A stretch of DNA of 64,000 nucleotides. Origin: Malacoraja senta (lineage: Eukaryota). Below the pieces are notes generated by a model, which was not told the origin of the DNA, ran no database searches, and worked only from the letters and a program-made list of their open reading frames with translations. This document shows, one piece after another, positions 11,845 to 23,585 of the stretch. The DNA is taken from assembly GCA_038087875.1 (NCBI GenBank), contig JAXLNO010000062.1:310001-374000 (forward strand). Reading direction: 5' to 3'. The first letter of the stretch is position 1. Every line of letters starts with the position of its first letter. The translations under genes were made by a program, and so were the position numbers.

Positions 11845-14660
11845 TGGAAGGTTAGTGGACAGAATAGGCAGGTGAAAGGCAGAGAACGAGGAGTTGGTTT
11901 AAACTGCACGTAAAGGGGGCCTGACGGGTAAGGCAGATGAGCTTAGGGCATGGATAGGTACGAGCGACTGGGACCTTGTAGCCATGACTGAAACCTGGGA
12001 AAAGGAGGGGCAGGACTGGCAGCTCAATGTTCCGTGGTACAGGAGCTTCAGGGCAGACAGGGGTGAGGGAAAAAGAGGAGGAGACATTACGGACGGTTCG
12101 TCTAGTGAGGCTATATGGGTGGAGCTGAGGAACAAGAAAGGGATGATTGCCTTGTTGGGGGTGTACTACAGACGCCCGAATAGTCAACGGGAATTAGAAG
12201 AACAAATGTGCCAGGAGATTGCAGACAGCTGGAGGTCAAATAAGGTTGTTGTAGTAGGGGATTTTAACTTTCCCAATATAGACTGGGAAAATCATAGCGT
12301 GAAGGATTTAAATGGGGTGCAATTCCTCAAAAGTGTTCAGGAGAGTTTTCTTAAACAGTATGTGGATGCCCCCACACGTGAGAGGGCAAAACTGGATCTA
12401 GTATTTGGAAATTGGGAAGGCAGGTTAATGAAGTTTGTGTGGAGGATCCTTTTGGGTCCACTGACCACAGTTAGATTAGGTTTAAGATAGTTATGGATAA
12501 GGACGGAGAGGGTCCACGTGTTCAAATGCACAACTGGGGTAAGGCCAAGTTTGAGGGTATGAGAGAAGGTCTCACTCAAGTTGACTGGAGCAGGTTATTA
12601 GAGGGGAAAGAAACATGTTTTTAAGTGTGCTGACGAAAGCTCAGGATATGTACGTCCCCGTTAGAGTGAAGGCCAAAGCAGAGAAACGTAAGGAAGCTTG
12701 GCTGACAAGGGAAATTGAGACGTTGGTCAAAAACAAGAAGGATGCATGGGACGGGTATAGGCAGCTGGGATCAAGTGCATCCCTGGAGGAGTTTCGGGAA
12801 CTAAGGAGTAAACTGATAAAGGTGATCAGAAGGGCAAAAAGGGGCCAGGAGATAGCTCTGGTGGGTATCAACAATCCCAAAAGATTTTATAAATACATAA
12901 GGGGGAAAAGGGTAACCAGAGAGAGAGTGGGACCTCTCAGGAATCAAAGCAGTCACATCTGTGTGAAGCTACAGGAAATGGGCAAGGTCCTCAATGAATA
13001 TTTCTCCTCTGTATTTACCGAGGAGAAAGACAGTAGGACGGAAGGTGGACAAAAATGCTGGTGAAACTCAGCGGGTGAGGCAGCATCTATGGAGCGAAGG
13101 AATAGGTGACGTTTCTGGTCGAGACCCTTCTTCAGACTGATGTGGAGGTGGGTGGTCGGGAAGAAGTAAGGAAGAGGCGGAGATAGTAGGCTGTGGGAGA
13201 GCTGGGAAGGGGAGGGGAAGGAGGGAGAAAACTAGGACTACCTGAAATTGGAGAAGTCAATGTTCATACCGCTGGAGTGTAAACTACCCAAGCGAAATAT
13301 GAGGTGCTGCTCCAATTTGCGGTGGGACTCCTCTGGCCATGGAGGAGGCCCAGGGCAGAAAGGTCAGATTCGGAATGGGATGGGGAGTTGAAGTGCTGAG
13401 CCACCGGGAGATCAGGTTGGTTAATGAGAAGTGTGCGGAGGTGTTGGGTGAAGCGATCGCCAAGTCTATGCTTGATCTCACCGATGTAGAGCAGCGGATG
13501 CAATAGATGAGGTTGGAGGAGGTGCAGGTGAACCTCTGCCTCATCTGGAAAGACTGCTTAGGTCCTTGGATGGAGTCAAGGGGGGAGGTAAAGCGACAAG
13601 TGTGGCATTTTCTGCGGTTGCAAGGGAAAGTACCAGGGAAGGGCGTGGTTTGGGTGGGAAGGGACGAATTGACCAGGGAGTTACGGAGGGAGCGGTCTCT
13701 GCGGAAAGCTGAAAGGGGAGGAGATGGGAAGATGTGGCCAGTGGTGGGCTCCCGTTGGAGGTGGCGAAAATGTCAGAGGATTATCTGTTATATTTGACAG
13801 CTGGGGGGTAGGTGTGGACAATGGGGACTCTACCTTTGTTACAAGTAGTGGGATGGGGAGTGAGAGCAGAGCTACGGGGAAAAGAAGAGACCCTGGTAGA
13901 AGAGAGCCTCATCTGTAGACAAAGAGGGGAACCCCCCGTTCCCTAAAGAATGAGGACATCTCCGATGCCCTGGTTTAGAACACCTCATCCTGGGTGCAGA
14001 TGCAGTCGTCGATGCAGCGGAGGTAGAGGTCGGGGATAGGGCCACGGTTCGACGTACCCTACAAAGAGGCAGGCATAGCTGGGGCCCATGCGCGTGCTCA
14101 TATCTACGCCTTGGATTGGAGCAAATGGGAGGAGTCAAAGGAAAAGTTGGAGGAAATGGGAGGAGTCAAAGGAAAAGTTATTGAGGGTAAGGACTAGGAC
14201 AGTAGGACGGAGGAACTTGGAGCAGTCATTGGAAGTGTCTTGAGAGCAGTCAGTGTTACCGTCGAGGAAGTATTGAAGGTACTGTCGAGTTTGAAGGTAG
14301 ACAAATCTCCGGGACCTGATCAGATATATCCGAGGACATTGTGGGAAACTAGAGGGGAAATTTACGAGTTGTTCTTAAATACAAGAGAGGTGCTGGAAGA
14401 CTGGAGGGTGGCAAATGTTGTGCCTCTTTTCAAGAAAGGCTGCAGGGAAAATGCTGGGAACTATAGGCCGGTGAGCTTAACATCTGCAGCTGGAAAGTTA
14501 CTAGAGAGTATTCTGAGGGATAGGTTATACAGGCATTTGGATGGGCAAGGGCTGATTGGGGATAGTCAGCATGGTTTTATACGTGGGAGGTCGTGTCTCA
14601 CAGATCTGATTGGTTTTTTTGAAGATGGACCAGAAAGGTCGATGAGGGCAGAGCTGTAGA
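11845..14660 (+). mobile_element. Decayed CR1 ORF2 (APE endonuclease to RT start), interrupted by a Penelope insertion
   Basis: TETW, GDFNFPNIDW, VDKSPGPDQIYPR, NYRPVSLTS and QHGF motifs. The frame is split at a 14-bp duplication. Confidence 0.88.
13043..14197 (-). mobile_element. Penelope-like element (RT fragment, GIY-YIG endonuclease, hammerhead-containing tail) with a 14-bp TSD
   Basis: MGPSYACLFVGYVE (RT), QRFTCTSSNLIYCIRCS and LLYIGEIKHRLGDRF..HFNSPSHS (GIY-YIG). GACAGTAGGACGGA occurs at 13029-13042 and 14198-14211. Confidence 0.9.
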
Positions 14661-15388
14661 CAAGACAGGGACAAGACACACCCAGGGACCACACACACAC
14701 ACACCCACCCACACACACCCCCACCTCCCCTCCTCTACCCTACCTACCTCTCCCTCCCTCTGTTGCTGGTATGACTTGAACTCGAGCTGTCATTGGAGAA
14801 ATGTTGATCAAAGCTTTCCCATGGCCAGTGGGGGAATGGGTGAGCAGTGAGAGGGAGCAGCAGTGGAATAGCCTTTCAGCCCACAATGTCAATGTGGAAC
14901 ATAATGCAAAGATGACTAATCTTGCTTGCCTGCACAGGATCCATATCCCACCATTCCCTGCATCTCCATACGACTATCAAATGCCTCTATCGTATCTGCC
15001 TCCACCGCCTCTCCTGGCAGAGCGTGTTCCAGGCATCCACCTGGTATAAAAAATCTATCACCTTTTAAACTTTATCCCTCTTATCGTAAAGCTCTTTGAC
15101 ATTTCCACCCTGGGGAGTAAGTAGTTGAGAGGAAAATAGAGGAGAGATGTGAGATAAGTGGAGGAGAAGGGGTGGGCTGCTGGGTGGGTTGGGGGCAGAG
15201 TGAATGGGGTTGGGGGTTGAGATGGGGTTGCAGGATGGAGAGTTTGCCTGTGTTGGCTGCAGTTGGCCTGCATTAGGTTGGAGGTGACCCCCCTCCATGC
15301 TGTGGAACCTGGCCTTGACAATAAATGTGCGGTGCATGGTCTCATTGAAGGGCGGCGATGGCTATATTCTGGGTCAGGTTGATATGGA

Positions 15389-15696
15389 CTTTAGTTTAGA
15401 GATACAGCGCAGGAACAGGCCTTTTGGCCTACCGGGTCCACACCGACCAGTGATCCCCGCACACTAACACCATCCCACACACGCTAGGGATAATTTTACA
15501 TTAATACTAAGCCAATTAATCTACAAGCCAGTACATCATTGGAGTGTGGAAGGAAACGAAAGATCTCGGAGAAAGCCCATGCAGGTCACGGGGAGAATGT
15601 AAAAACTTTCATACAGGCAGCATCTGTAGTCAGGATCAAACTCGGGTCTCTGGCGCTGTAAGGCAGCAACTCTACCACTGCGTCACCATACTGCCC
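15389..15696 (-). mobile_element. V-SINE (HE1-like)
   Basis: Reverse complement of the tRNA head, V-domain and (TAAAC)n tail. Confidence 0.8.
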
Positions 15697-15723
15697 AAGC
15701 TGACCGTCTTGCTCTGTTCCTAG

Positions 15724-15907
15724 GCTGGCCTGCAGGTGCGAATGCAGAGAATGGAGAAGGAGCTGGGGCGGTGAGCCATCTGAAACCATACGCCTCCCTC
15801 CCCCGCTGACACCAGCCCACGTCATCAAGCTGCTGGGCAAGGTAACCCTTCAGACACTGGAGGAGCTTCGGAACATGCTGCCCTTCGAGTCGCTGGAGAG
15901 GGTGCAG
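15724..15907 (+). CDS. SUN2: SUN2-like coiled-coil exon (stop plus frameshift)
   Basis: ttcctag| acceptor and CAG|gtgagt donor. Entry frame AGLQVRMQRMEKELGR* (TGA 15772-15774); exit frame ..PLTPAHVIKLLGKVTLQTLEELRNMLPFESLERVQ. 184 nt. Confidence 0.72.
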
Positions 15908-16310
15908 GTGAGTGTCAAATGCTGGCAGATTGGTCTCTTCCCCCACCCCTGCCTGGCAGTGATGTGTAGAGTCTGTCCGTAGGGGGGTGAGCAGAGCCGT
16001 GATTGACACAGGAGGAAATCCAGCTGTTGCTTAACCTGCCTGGTAGTCATTGAGAGAGATGGCATGAAAACTGGCCCTTTGACCCACTGAGTCCACGCTG
16101 ACCATCGATCACCCATTTGCACTAATCTAATCCATTTGTTATCTGGCGACTGAATAATTTTACCACAACTAGAGAGCAGTCCTGAACTACGATCTACCTC
16201 ATTGGTGACCTTGGACTATATTTAATCGGACTTTACTAACTTTACCTTGCACTAAACGTTATTCTTTTATCATGTATCTATACACTGTAAATGCCCCGAT
16301 TGTAATCATG

Positions 16311-16678
16311 TAATCTCGGGCAGATGGGGCTCGTCAGCCTGGGAAGGCAGTCCATCTAGGAGAGGGAAAACTCTGATTTAAAACCTCCACTGCCTTGTGG
16401 CGATATCCAGTCATGCAAAAGGCTCCTGGAGTTGGAGCCCCGAAGGCAGTTCTTTGTTGTCTACAACCTCGCTCTGGCAGCTCCTGCGACGGCGCTGGTT
16501 CCAAACTGTAATGGCCCTGCTGTTCCTTTGGATGGATCAGTGACGTGGAGAGGGGGGACGTGCTGCATGGGCAACAGCCTGTCCTCCATATGACATCGCC
16601 CAGGCTTGCATCCGACCACACATCACCTGCAAACTAGGATGTATCACCCATGGTCAGTCATGGCCGAAGGGGGCCTAC
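16311..16678 (+). mobile_element. Short non-autonomous insertion, RTE-like 5' sequence, with an 8-bp TSD inside a Rex1-type 3' tail
   Basis: TAATCATG at 16303-16310 and 16679-16686; the uninterrupted host sequence is seen at about 44590-44630. The tctaggagagggaaaactctgattt motif resembles RTE 5'UTRs. Confidence 0.55.
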
Positions 16679-16980
16679 TAATCATGGATTGTCTTTCTGC
16701 TGACTGGATAGCATGCCACAGAAACTTTTCACTGTACACGTGACAATAAACTAAACTGAACTGAACTTTATTCTTTCCATATTGTCTTCAATCCACCCTC
16801 CCCCCCAGATTCTCCACTTGCTGACATGGAAGAGGCAATTTACCGCGGCCAATTAACCTACGGATCTGTACACATTTGGTATTCTCTCTCTACAAAGGCT
16901 CTGGCTCTGTGTTGGACAGAGGTGGAGGGGTGGGTGGGTGCATGCCCCTGGTGAGTAACGCTGTGTGTGTTTGCTTCCAG

Positions 16981-17058
16981 GCTGACATCCACGCCATCCA
17001 GCAGATGCATGAGGAGCGGACGGAGCCGGCGTTACGGGAAGTTGGTTGCAATACCAAG
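16981..17058 (+). CDS. SUN2: SUN2-like coiled-coil exon (ADIHAIQQMHEERTEPALREVGCNTK)
   Basis: cttccag| acceptor, AAG|gtgggt donor, 78 nt, phase 0-0. Confidence 0.75.
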
Positions 17059-17129
17059 GTGGGTGCGGGGAGAGAGAGCTGCTGCTGGTGTGGGAAAAAG
17101 GGTAGAGAGGGCACAGAGAGTCATGGTTC

Positions 17130-17410
17130 ATAAGTGATAGGAGCTGAATGAGGCCATTCGGCTCATCAAGTCTACTGCGCCATTCAATCATGGCTGACCT
17201 ATCTTACCCTCAACCCCATTCCCCTGCCTTCTCCCCATAACCCCTGACACCCATACTAATCAATAATCTATCTCTTCCTTAAAAAGATGCACAGCCTACT
17301 GTGGCAGTTAATTCCACAGATTCACCACCCTCTGATTAAAGAAATTCCTCCTCATCTCCTTCCCAAAGGAACGTCCTTTTATTCTGAGGCTAAGGCCTCT
17401 GGTCCTAGCA
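17130..17410 (-). mobile_element. CR1 3' fragment
   Basis: Reverse-complement CR1 3'UTR and the ORF2 end. Confidence 0.75.
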
Positions 17411-17464
17411 TGGCAAGCTTTCCTTCACATTCTGCCTGAAATGGCTGCTTTTAGTCTTTTTTTG

Positions 17465-17750
17465 TTTTGTTTTAGAGATACAGCGTGGAAAGTCTGCGCT
17501 GACCAGCGATCCACACACACTACCACTATCCTGCGCACACTAGGAACAATGTACAATTTTACTAAGCTATTTAGCCTGCAAACCTGTATTTCTTTGGAGT
17601 GTGGGTGGAAGCCGGAGCACCTGCAGAAAAGCCATGCAGGTCACGGGGAGAACGTACAAACTCCGTACAGATAGTACCCGTAGTCGGGATCAAACCTGGG
17701 CCTCTGGTGCTGTGAGGCAGCAACTCTACCGCTGCACCACCGTGCTGCCC
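17465..17750 (-). mobile_element. V-SINE (HE1-like)
   Basis: Reverse complement of GGGCAGCACGGTGGTGCAGCGGTAGAGTTGCTGCC.. and the V-domain. Confidence 0.8.
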
Positions 17751-18224
17751 CTCAGCTGCTCTACCTCTCAGTCAGACCATTTATCTCGGCACCATTTAAG
17801 GCCATACTCTCAATTCCGTAATATTAAGGCCAGTCATCTCGCTGTTGAACTGGTCTCAAGGACTGGTCTCCGTAGCCACTTGGGCAGAGAATTCCCTGCA
17901 TTTCCCATCCTCTGGGTGTTGAGCTGCTACAGTTCAGTGAAGTTTGCTTTCAATTGAATGGTGGATCTGCGGACAATTGATGGGAATTTGTGAGGAACTA
18001 GTTTCAAGGAGAATTCGTGAAGGACTGGGATTCTCTGAGAGCTGGCATTGATTTGATGGGCTGAAATGGCCTATGTCATAAGGAAATATGAAGTATGGAA
18101 AAGTGACTTTTCTGCATTACATATTTGTAAATTTGACGTGTATGTTGTGACATAAGTAGCTGTGAGTAGAATTAAAAAGCTTCCTAACTTGAAAATAAAC
18201 TTTGTTTTTAATTTCTATTCCTAG

Positions 18225-18268
18225 ATGTTGTTGCAGAAGGTGAAGGAAATGGAATCTGCTGTGGAAAG
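18225..18268 (+). CDS. SUN2: SUN2-like short coiled-coil exon (MLLQKVKEMESAVE-R)
   Basis: ttcctag| acceptor, AG|gtacag donor, 44 nt, phase 0-2, consistent with neighbouring exons. Confidence 0.72.
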
Positions 18269-18818
18269 GTACAGAGTGTTTCCAGCCCGGAGTGGAGTAG
18301 CAGCAGACCCTTGGTGGTGGGGGGAGGGAGCTTTGTCAGTTGCTGCGTGAACGTCGATGTCGCTTTTAGGTCAACGTCACTTTTAGTTTAGATGTACAGT
18401 GTGGAAACAGGCCCTTCGGCCCACCGAGTCTGTGCAGACCAACGATCACTCTTACACCGGTAGTCAGGATTGAACCCGGGTCTCTGGCGCTGTAAGGCTG
18501 TAGCACTACTCTGCATCACCGTGCTGCCTCTGCTCCTGCACTCTGATGACTTGCTTTGTCCTGTATAGGACAGGTTTTATCTGGGCCAGGGCCAGACATA
18601 AAAACAGTATTTTTCCACAAGCAGTAGCTCGACTCAACAGATAAAAGTCTGTAGCCTCTTTTAATCTGGTACTTTATTTCCACATGTTTAAATTATAATG
18701 TTTTATATTTAATTGTCTACTGTATATCATGTTTTTATCCTTGCAAGCAAAGCATCAAGGCAAGTTTTTGTATATACATTCTTGGCTAATAAAATTATAT
18801 GGATTATTATTAATATAG

Positions 18819-18973
18819 GTTGACAGATGAACAGAAGCAGCTACTGACTGCACTGGTGCTGCTGGAGGAGCAGCTCAGCCAGACGGCTGGAGCTGCAGGC
18901 TGCACGTGTGGCACAGAAGGACGTGGACTCCAGCATGCAAGCTTTGGAAAACAGAATTAAAAGTATGACTGAT
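18819..18973 (+). CDS. SUN2: SUN2-like coiled-coil exon (frameshift; donor apparently mutated)
   Basis: Entry frame RLTDEQKQLLTALVLLEEQLSQ, then shifts to RLELQAARVAQKDVDSSMQALENRIKSMTD, followed by ttaagt at 18974 where gtaagt is expected. Confidence 0.7.
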
Positions 18974-19164
18974 TTAAGTTTTCCCAAATAGTTTTTTATT
19001 TAACTGTAAAAGGTCAAAACTTAGCACTTCTTCTGCCGTGATCAAAGAGATTGAGGTGAAGAGGAAAGTGTGGAAAGTATCTTGCCCTCTTCCCTCCCCT
19101 TCTTTAACACTCAACTCTCCCTCCCTCTACTGCGTTCTTCCCTTTCTCTCACTGTCTCTCCTTT

Positions 19165-19960
19165 TCCCCCTCTGCTCCTTTCCCTGTGTTCACGGCGTGG
19201 TCTCCTCAACATTGGAGAAACCAAACAGGCATTGGGTTCGATCCAAGGGGCACTCCTGAGCTTCCTGTTATCTCATTCTGACTCTTGGATGTGGGAGTGA
19301 CTGAACAGTCTGTGACTTCCTGCACTGTTGCAATGTGGCTCAAAGCAATCTTGAGGAATGGCATCTCACCTGCCATTTGGGCTCATGGCAGTCCTCTGGG
19401 CTTGAATGGAATTTGATAATCTTGGTAACTTGATTCCTCTGTTAGTATCAGTTGTCCATTTGTGATAATTGGGTTGTCTTGTTTTTAAAAATCTCTATCC
19501 AAAAGTGGAGGGCATGTCCATGCTGAAATGCCAGACATGTCTTGTCTGAACAGCGTCTCCACCTGAAACGTCACCCATTCCTTCTCTCCAGAGATGCAGC
19601 CTGTCCCGTTGTCTATCTTCGGTTTAAACAGCATCTGCCGCTCCTTCCTAGACATGTCTTCTTGCTCTGCATTTTGCAACTGCTACGATCTTTGTCTATT
19701 TTCCTTGTATAGAACCTAACCGCTCCTATTCACTCCTTGACCAGATAACTTTGTGTGCAGCTTATCCCCATGGCCACCTGGTTTGACACTATCAGAGTCA
19801 TCCACCCACCTGTGCAGCTTTACAAGTTTATTTTGTCACCTCCCCAGTTCTGACGAAGGGTCTTTGACTTGAAACATGAATTCTGTTTCTCTGGCTCCAG
19901 ATGCAGCCTGACCCGAGTGCTCCCAGCATTTTGTTTTTCAGATTTATTCCATCTGCAGTT
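19165..19960 (+). mobile_element. Old Penelope 3' fragment(s)
   Basis: CSRRGLLNIGETKQALG (GIY-YIG-like) at about 19180-19240, with degenerate hammerhead tails at about 19544 and 19850. Confidence 0.55.
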
Positions 19961-21597
19961 TTCATGCATTTATTCTAACTTGTTTTTCTATATGACTGCC
20001 ACCTTTCAGTCCATGTTAGCACATTTGTCCTCATATGTGGCAAATGCCTTTTGGAGATCTAAATACACACTACATTTACAGGAGATCGACACAAAAAGCT
20101 GCAGTAACTCAGCGGGCCAGACAGCATCTCTGGAGAAAACAAATAGAAAATTCCTTTTCCCCAGAGATGCTATCTGAGCCGCTAAGTTACTCCAGCTTAT
20201 TGTGTCTATCTTTGGTTTAAACCAGCATTTGCAGTTCCTTCCTCCTACATTTACAGGTTTCCCTTATCAACTCCCTATCACATCGTGTCAAGTTTTGTCA
20301 CACATGATTTTCATTAAACCATGTCGGCTACATTTGATTAGATGCAGCTTACCAAATTATTAGTTATTTCCTCTTGTGAACTATGAGTGCTGGATGAATT
20401 AGAATCTTAGAGTGATACAGTGTGGAAACAGACCCTTCGGCCCAACTCCCCCACACCCACCAACATGTCCCAGCTACACTGGTCCCACCTGCCTGCGTTT
20501 GGTCCATATCCCTCCAAACCTGTCCTATCCATGTACCTGTCAATTGACCTCTAGTTCCCACCTTCTGTTTTACGTGCTGGGAGGCCAGGTGAATCTCACT
20601 CACAGCCTCTTCTACTGCTGGTCCAGGTGCCCAGTAAATGTGAGTTCTGCTTCCAACAACCATTCAGGCAGTGAACCCTTGGCCCACTGTACTAATTGCA
20701 TCAAACCCTTGTGCCAATTGAATTACATTTCCAACTTTGTGCAGGAAAGATGGTTACCTTGTTTACTCTGAATGGACAAGTCAGAATATCATAACCTTAT
20801 GTGTAGGAAGGAACTGCAGATGCTGGTTTACACCGCAGATAGACATCAGCAAGACAGGCAGCATCACTGGGGGAGGGGGGGAGGGGGGATGGATGACATT
20901 TCGGGTCGAGACATCTGAAGAAGGGTCTCAATCCGAAACATGATCCATTATTTCTCTCCAGAGATGCTGCCTGTCCCGCTGAGTTACTCCAGCGTTTTGT
21001 CTTTTTTTCTATAATATTATAACCACTCAAACAATCTACCTGCTGCAGTTCCTGACGACTCTCTCCTTGCAACCTTTCTTCTCTAGTCCTGCCAATGTCG
21101 TAAACCTTTCTTGTGCCTCTCTAGTGAACTCCCATCAATCCTGTAGGGAGGCAACCAGAATCCACACAATGTTACAGGTACGGCTGAGCTAACATTTTCC
21201 ACAGTTCCAAGATGACTGTCCCACTACCTTCAAAGATCCCACAACAAGCTCTCCAAAGATAGACACAAAATGCTGGAGTAACTCAGCGGGATGGACAGGA
21301 TCTCTGGAGCATTAGATGCTGCCTGGTCTGCTGAGTAACTCCAGCATTTTGTGTCTATCTTCAGTGTAAACCAGCATCTGCATTTCCTTCCTACACAACA
21401 ATCTCTCCAAGATCTTTCTGTTCCCCACCACGGTTCAGTATCCTTTCAGCTATAATGTATTCCCTTGCCTTGTCTCCCTCGCCAAAGGATCAACAATTGT
21501 AAAATAATATATTTTTTAAGATGACAAAGATACTGCTTTGCATTGATTTCAATGTCTACAAGAAGGAGCACTGACTATCCAGCTCTTGTGTGTTTAG

Positions 21598-21810
21598 AAG
21601 GAGACGGCGTTGCTCCCACTTGTCCACAAGCTGCTCTTCGGTTCATCACAAGACAGCACAGGGGAACCACTGACAGCACAGCTGGTGCATCGCAAGGAAC
21701 TCGAGGCCCTCCTCGCTGGCTTGGAGAAGAAGATCCTCTCAGATGCATCACTTTATCCTCGTCCGGCAATGGAGACACACTCGGCAGCTGTCAGAGCAGG
21801 GATTATTAAG
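21598..21810 (+). CDS. SUN2: SUN2-like exon (KETALLPLVHKLLFG..LVHRKELEALLAGLEKKILSD..AGIIK)
   Basis: gtttag| acceptor, AAG|gtacaa donor, 213 nt open, phase 0-0. Resembles SUN2 ..LLQREEMQAQLRELESKIL... Confidence 0.8.
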
Positions 21811-21888
21811 GTACAAGCATGCAAGCAGCCGGTGGCTCTAACTCTGGAACACACTATTGTATTTCAGAAATGTAATTTATTGATAATA

Positions 21889-22747
21889 CTAGACTAAGTG
21901 GGACCCGTTGGGTTCCATGTTCACACGGGAGGGCTGGTCCCCCAACGCAATATTCCACCTCTCCACCAATTCCAATATTGGTGGCCGGGGGGGGGGGGGG
22001 TTCTGGGTGTTGTGGGCTGAGGGGACTGGTTTCCAGAGGGCTAGTATGGATATTGTGGGCCGAATGGATTATTGGGCTGGCAGCTCAGTCACTCAAGCCT
22101 GGTGTGCTGGCAGCTCACTCACTCACGGCTGGTGGACTGGCAGTTGACTCGAGGCTATTCCTTTAAATTCCATTTCCAGCAGAGTGCAGGCCACCAAATT
22201 CAAATGAAGTTTCCTACCATTTCAAGCAGAGAGCAAGGCCACCAAATTCAAATGCAGTATCCTACCATTTCAAGCAGGGTGCAAGGCCACCAAATTCAAA
22301 AGCAGTTTCATACCATTTCAAGCAGGGTGCAAGGCCACCAAATTGAAAAGCAGTTCCTAGGGCCGAGATGGCCTGTTTCCGTGCTGTTATGGTTATATGG
22401 TTACCATTTCAAGCAGGGTGCAAGGCCACCAAGGTGACCTCTCCCTCCCCCATCTTGCAGACCCTGAGCCACTCCCACAGTTCCGGGTTTTATAGTCCCT
22501 CCCCCTCCCACCAGAAGGGGCGTGGCCTTCATGGCAGTGATTGACAGGAGAGAGAATCTCAACATTTTTTAAACACAAATAACTCTTTTATTTTTCATCG
22601 ATGGGAAAAATCCTCTTGCCCTGTGCAGCGGAGGAGGACTCTGAGGAAGACGACTAAAAATCACAACCGTAAGTGGTAGCGTTTTTTCTAAAATCAATAT
22701 GCAGTGCAAACAGGAAGTGGTCAGGATGAGACTTTTAATTATATAGA
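21889..22747 (-). mobile_element. Non-autonomous Helitron with an internal 48-bp minisatellite
   Basis: Minus strand: A|TCTATATAATT.. 5' end, GGAACCCAACGGGTCCC hairpin (21900-21916) 11 nt from a CTAG|T 3' end. Inserted between A and T with no TSD. Confidence 0.8.
22170..22433. repeat. 48-bp tandem repeat (CCATTTCAAGCAGRGTGCAAGGCCACCAAATTCAAATGCAGTTTCCTA) x about 4.6
   Basis: Units start near 22170, 22217, 22265, 22313 and 22404. A CR1-type tail is wedged in at 22360-22403. Confidence 0.9.
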
Positions 22748-23071
22748 TATCTAGTAATGAAATTGGGGCATGTCTTGCTCTACGTTCCATCAATTCAGCA
22801 CTTTCACTTGCAATGTGTCAATAAACACCACATCCTTAAACAGTGCTCCTATGAAGTGTCTGAGAGTCCCTCAGTGTCTAGTGGTGGCCGGACCTTAGAC
22901 CAAGGCCACTCCCCCACAGCCTCTGCAGTGACTACACTGAGCTTCAGTGGGTCCCTCACACCACATTCTCTCACACCCTGTAATGTGCCAGTCGGCAGCA
23001 ATTCATTTACCCACATCTTTTGCAGGAAGATCAATTTTTGGGCAGACCAAAGTGAGTCTTCCGCTGAGATA

Positions 23072-23585
23072 ATAGATACATAGAAAATAGGTGCAGGAGT
23101 AGGCCATTCGGCCCTTCGAGCCTGCACCGCCATTCAATATGATCATGGCTGATCATCCAACTCAGTATCCCGTACCTGCCTTCTCTCCATACCCCCTGAT
23201 CCCTTTAGCCACATGGGCCACATCTAACTCCCTCTTAAATATAGCCAATGAACTGGCCTCAACTACTCTCTGTGGCAGAGAGTTCCAGAGATTCACCACC
23301 CTCTGTGTGAAAACGTTTTTCCTCATCTCGGTCTTAAAGGATTTCCCCCTTATCCTTAAGCTGTGACCCCTTGTCCTGGACTTCCCCAACATCGGGAACA
23401 ATCTTCCTGCATCTAGCCTGTCCAACCCCATAAGAATTTTGTACGTTTCTATAAGATCCCCTCTCAATCTCCTAAATTCTAGCGAGTATAAGCCAAGTCT
23501 ATCCAGTCTTTCTTCATATGAAAGTCCTGACATCCCAGGAATCAGTCTGGTGAACCTTCTCTGCACTCCCTCTATGGCTATAATG
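23072..23585 (-). mobile_element. CR1 3' fragment (young subfamily)
   Basis: IIAIEGVQRRFTRLIPG..GYGEKAGTGY* plus the 3'UTR and tail. Confidence 0.92.

Noticed and set aside
14720..14770. Intact transmembrane exon
   Set aside because: Low-complexity pyrimidine tract without a clear acceptor or the expected phase; kept only as a weak remnant candidate.
22170..22433. CRISPR-like repeat array
   Set aside because: Units are contiguous tandem copies with no unique spacers, in a eukaryotic context inside a Helitron.
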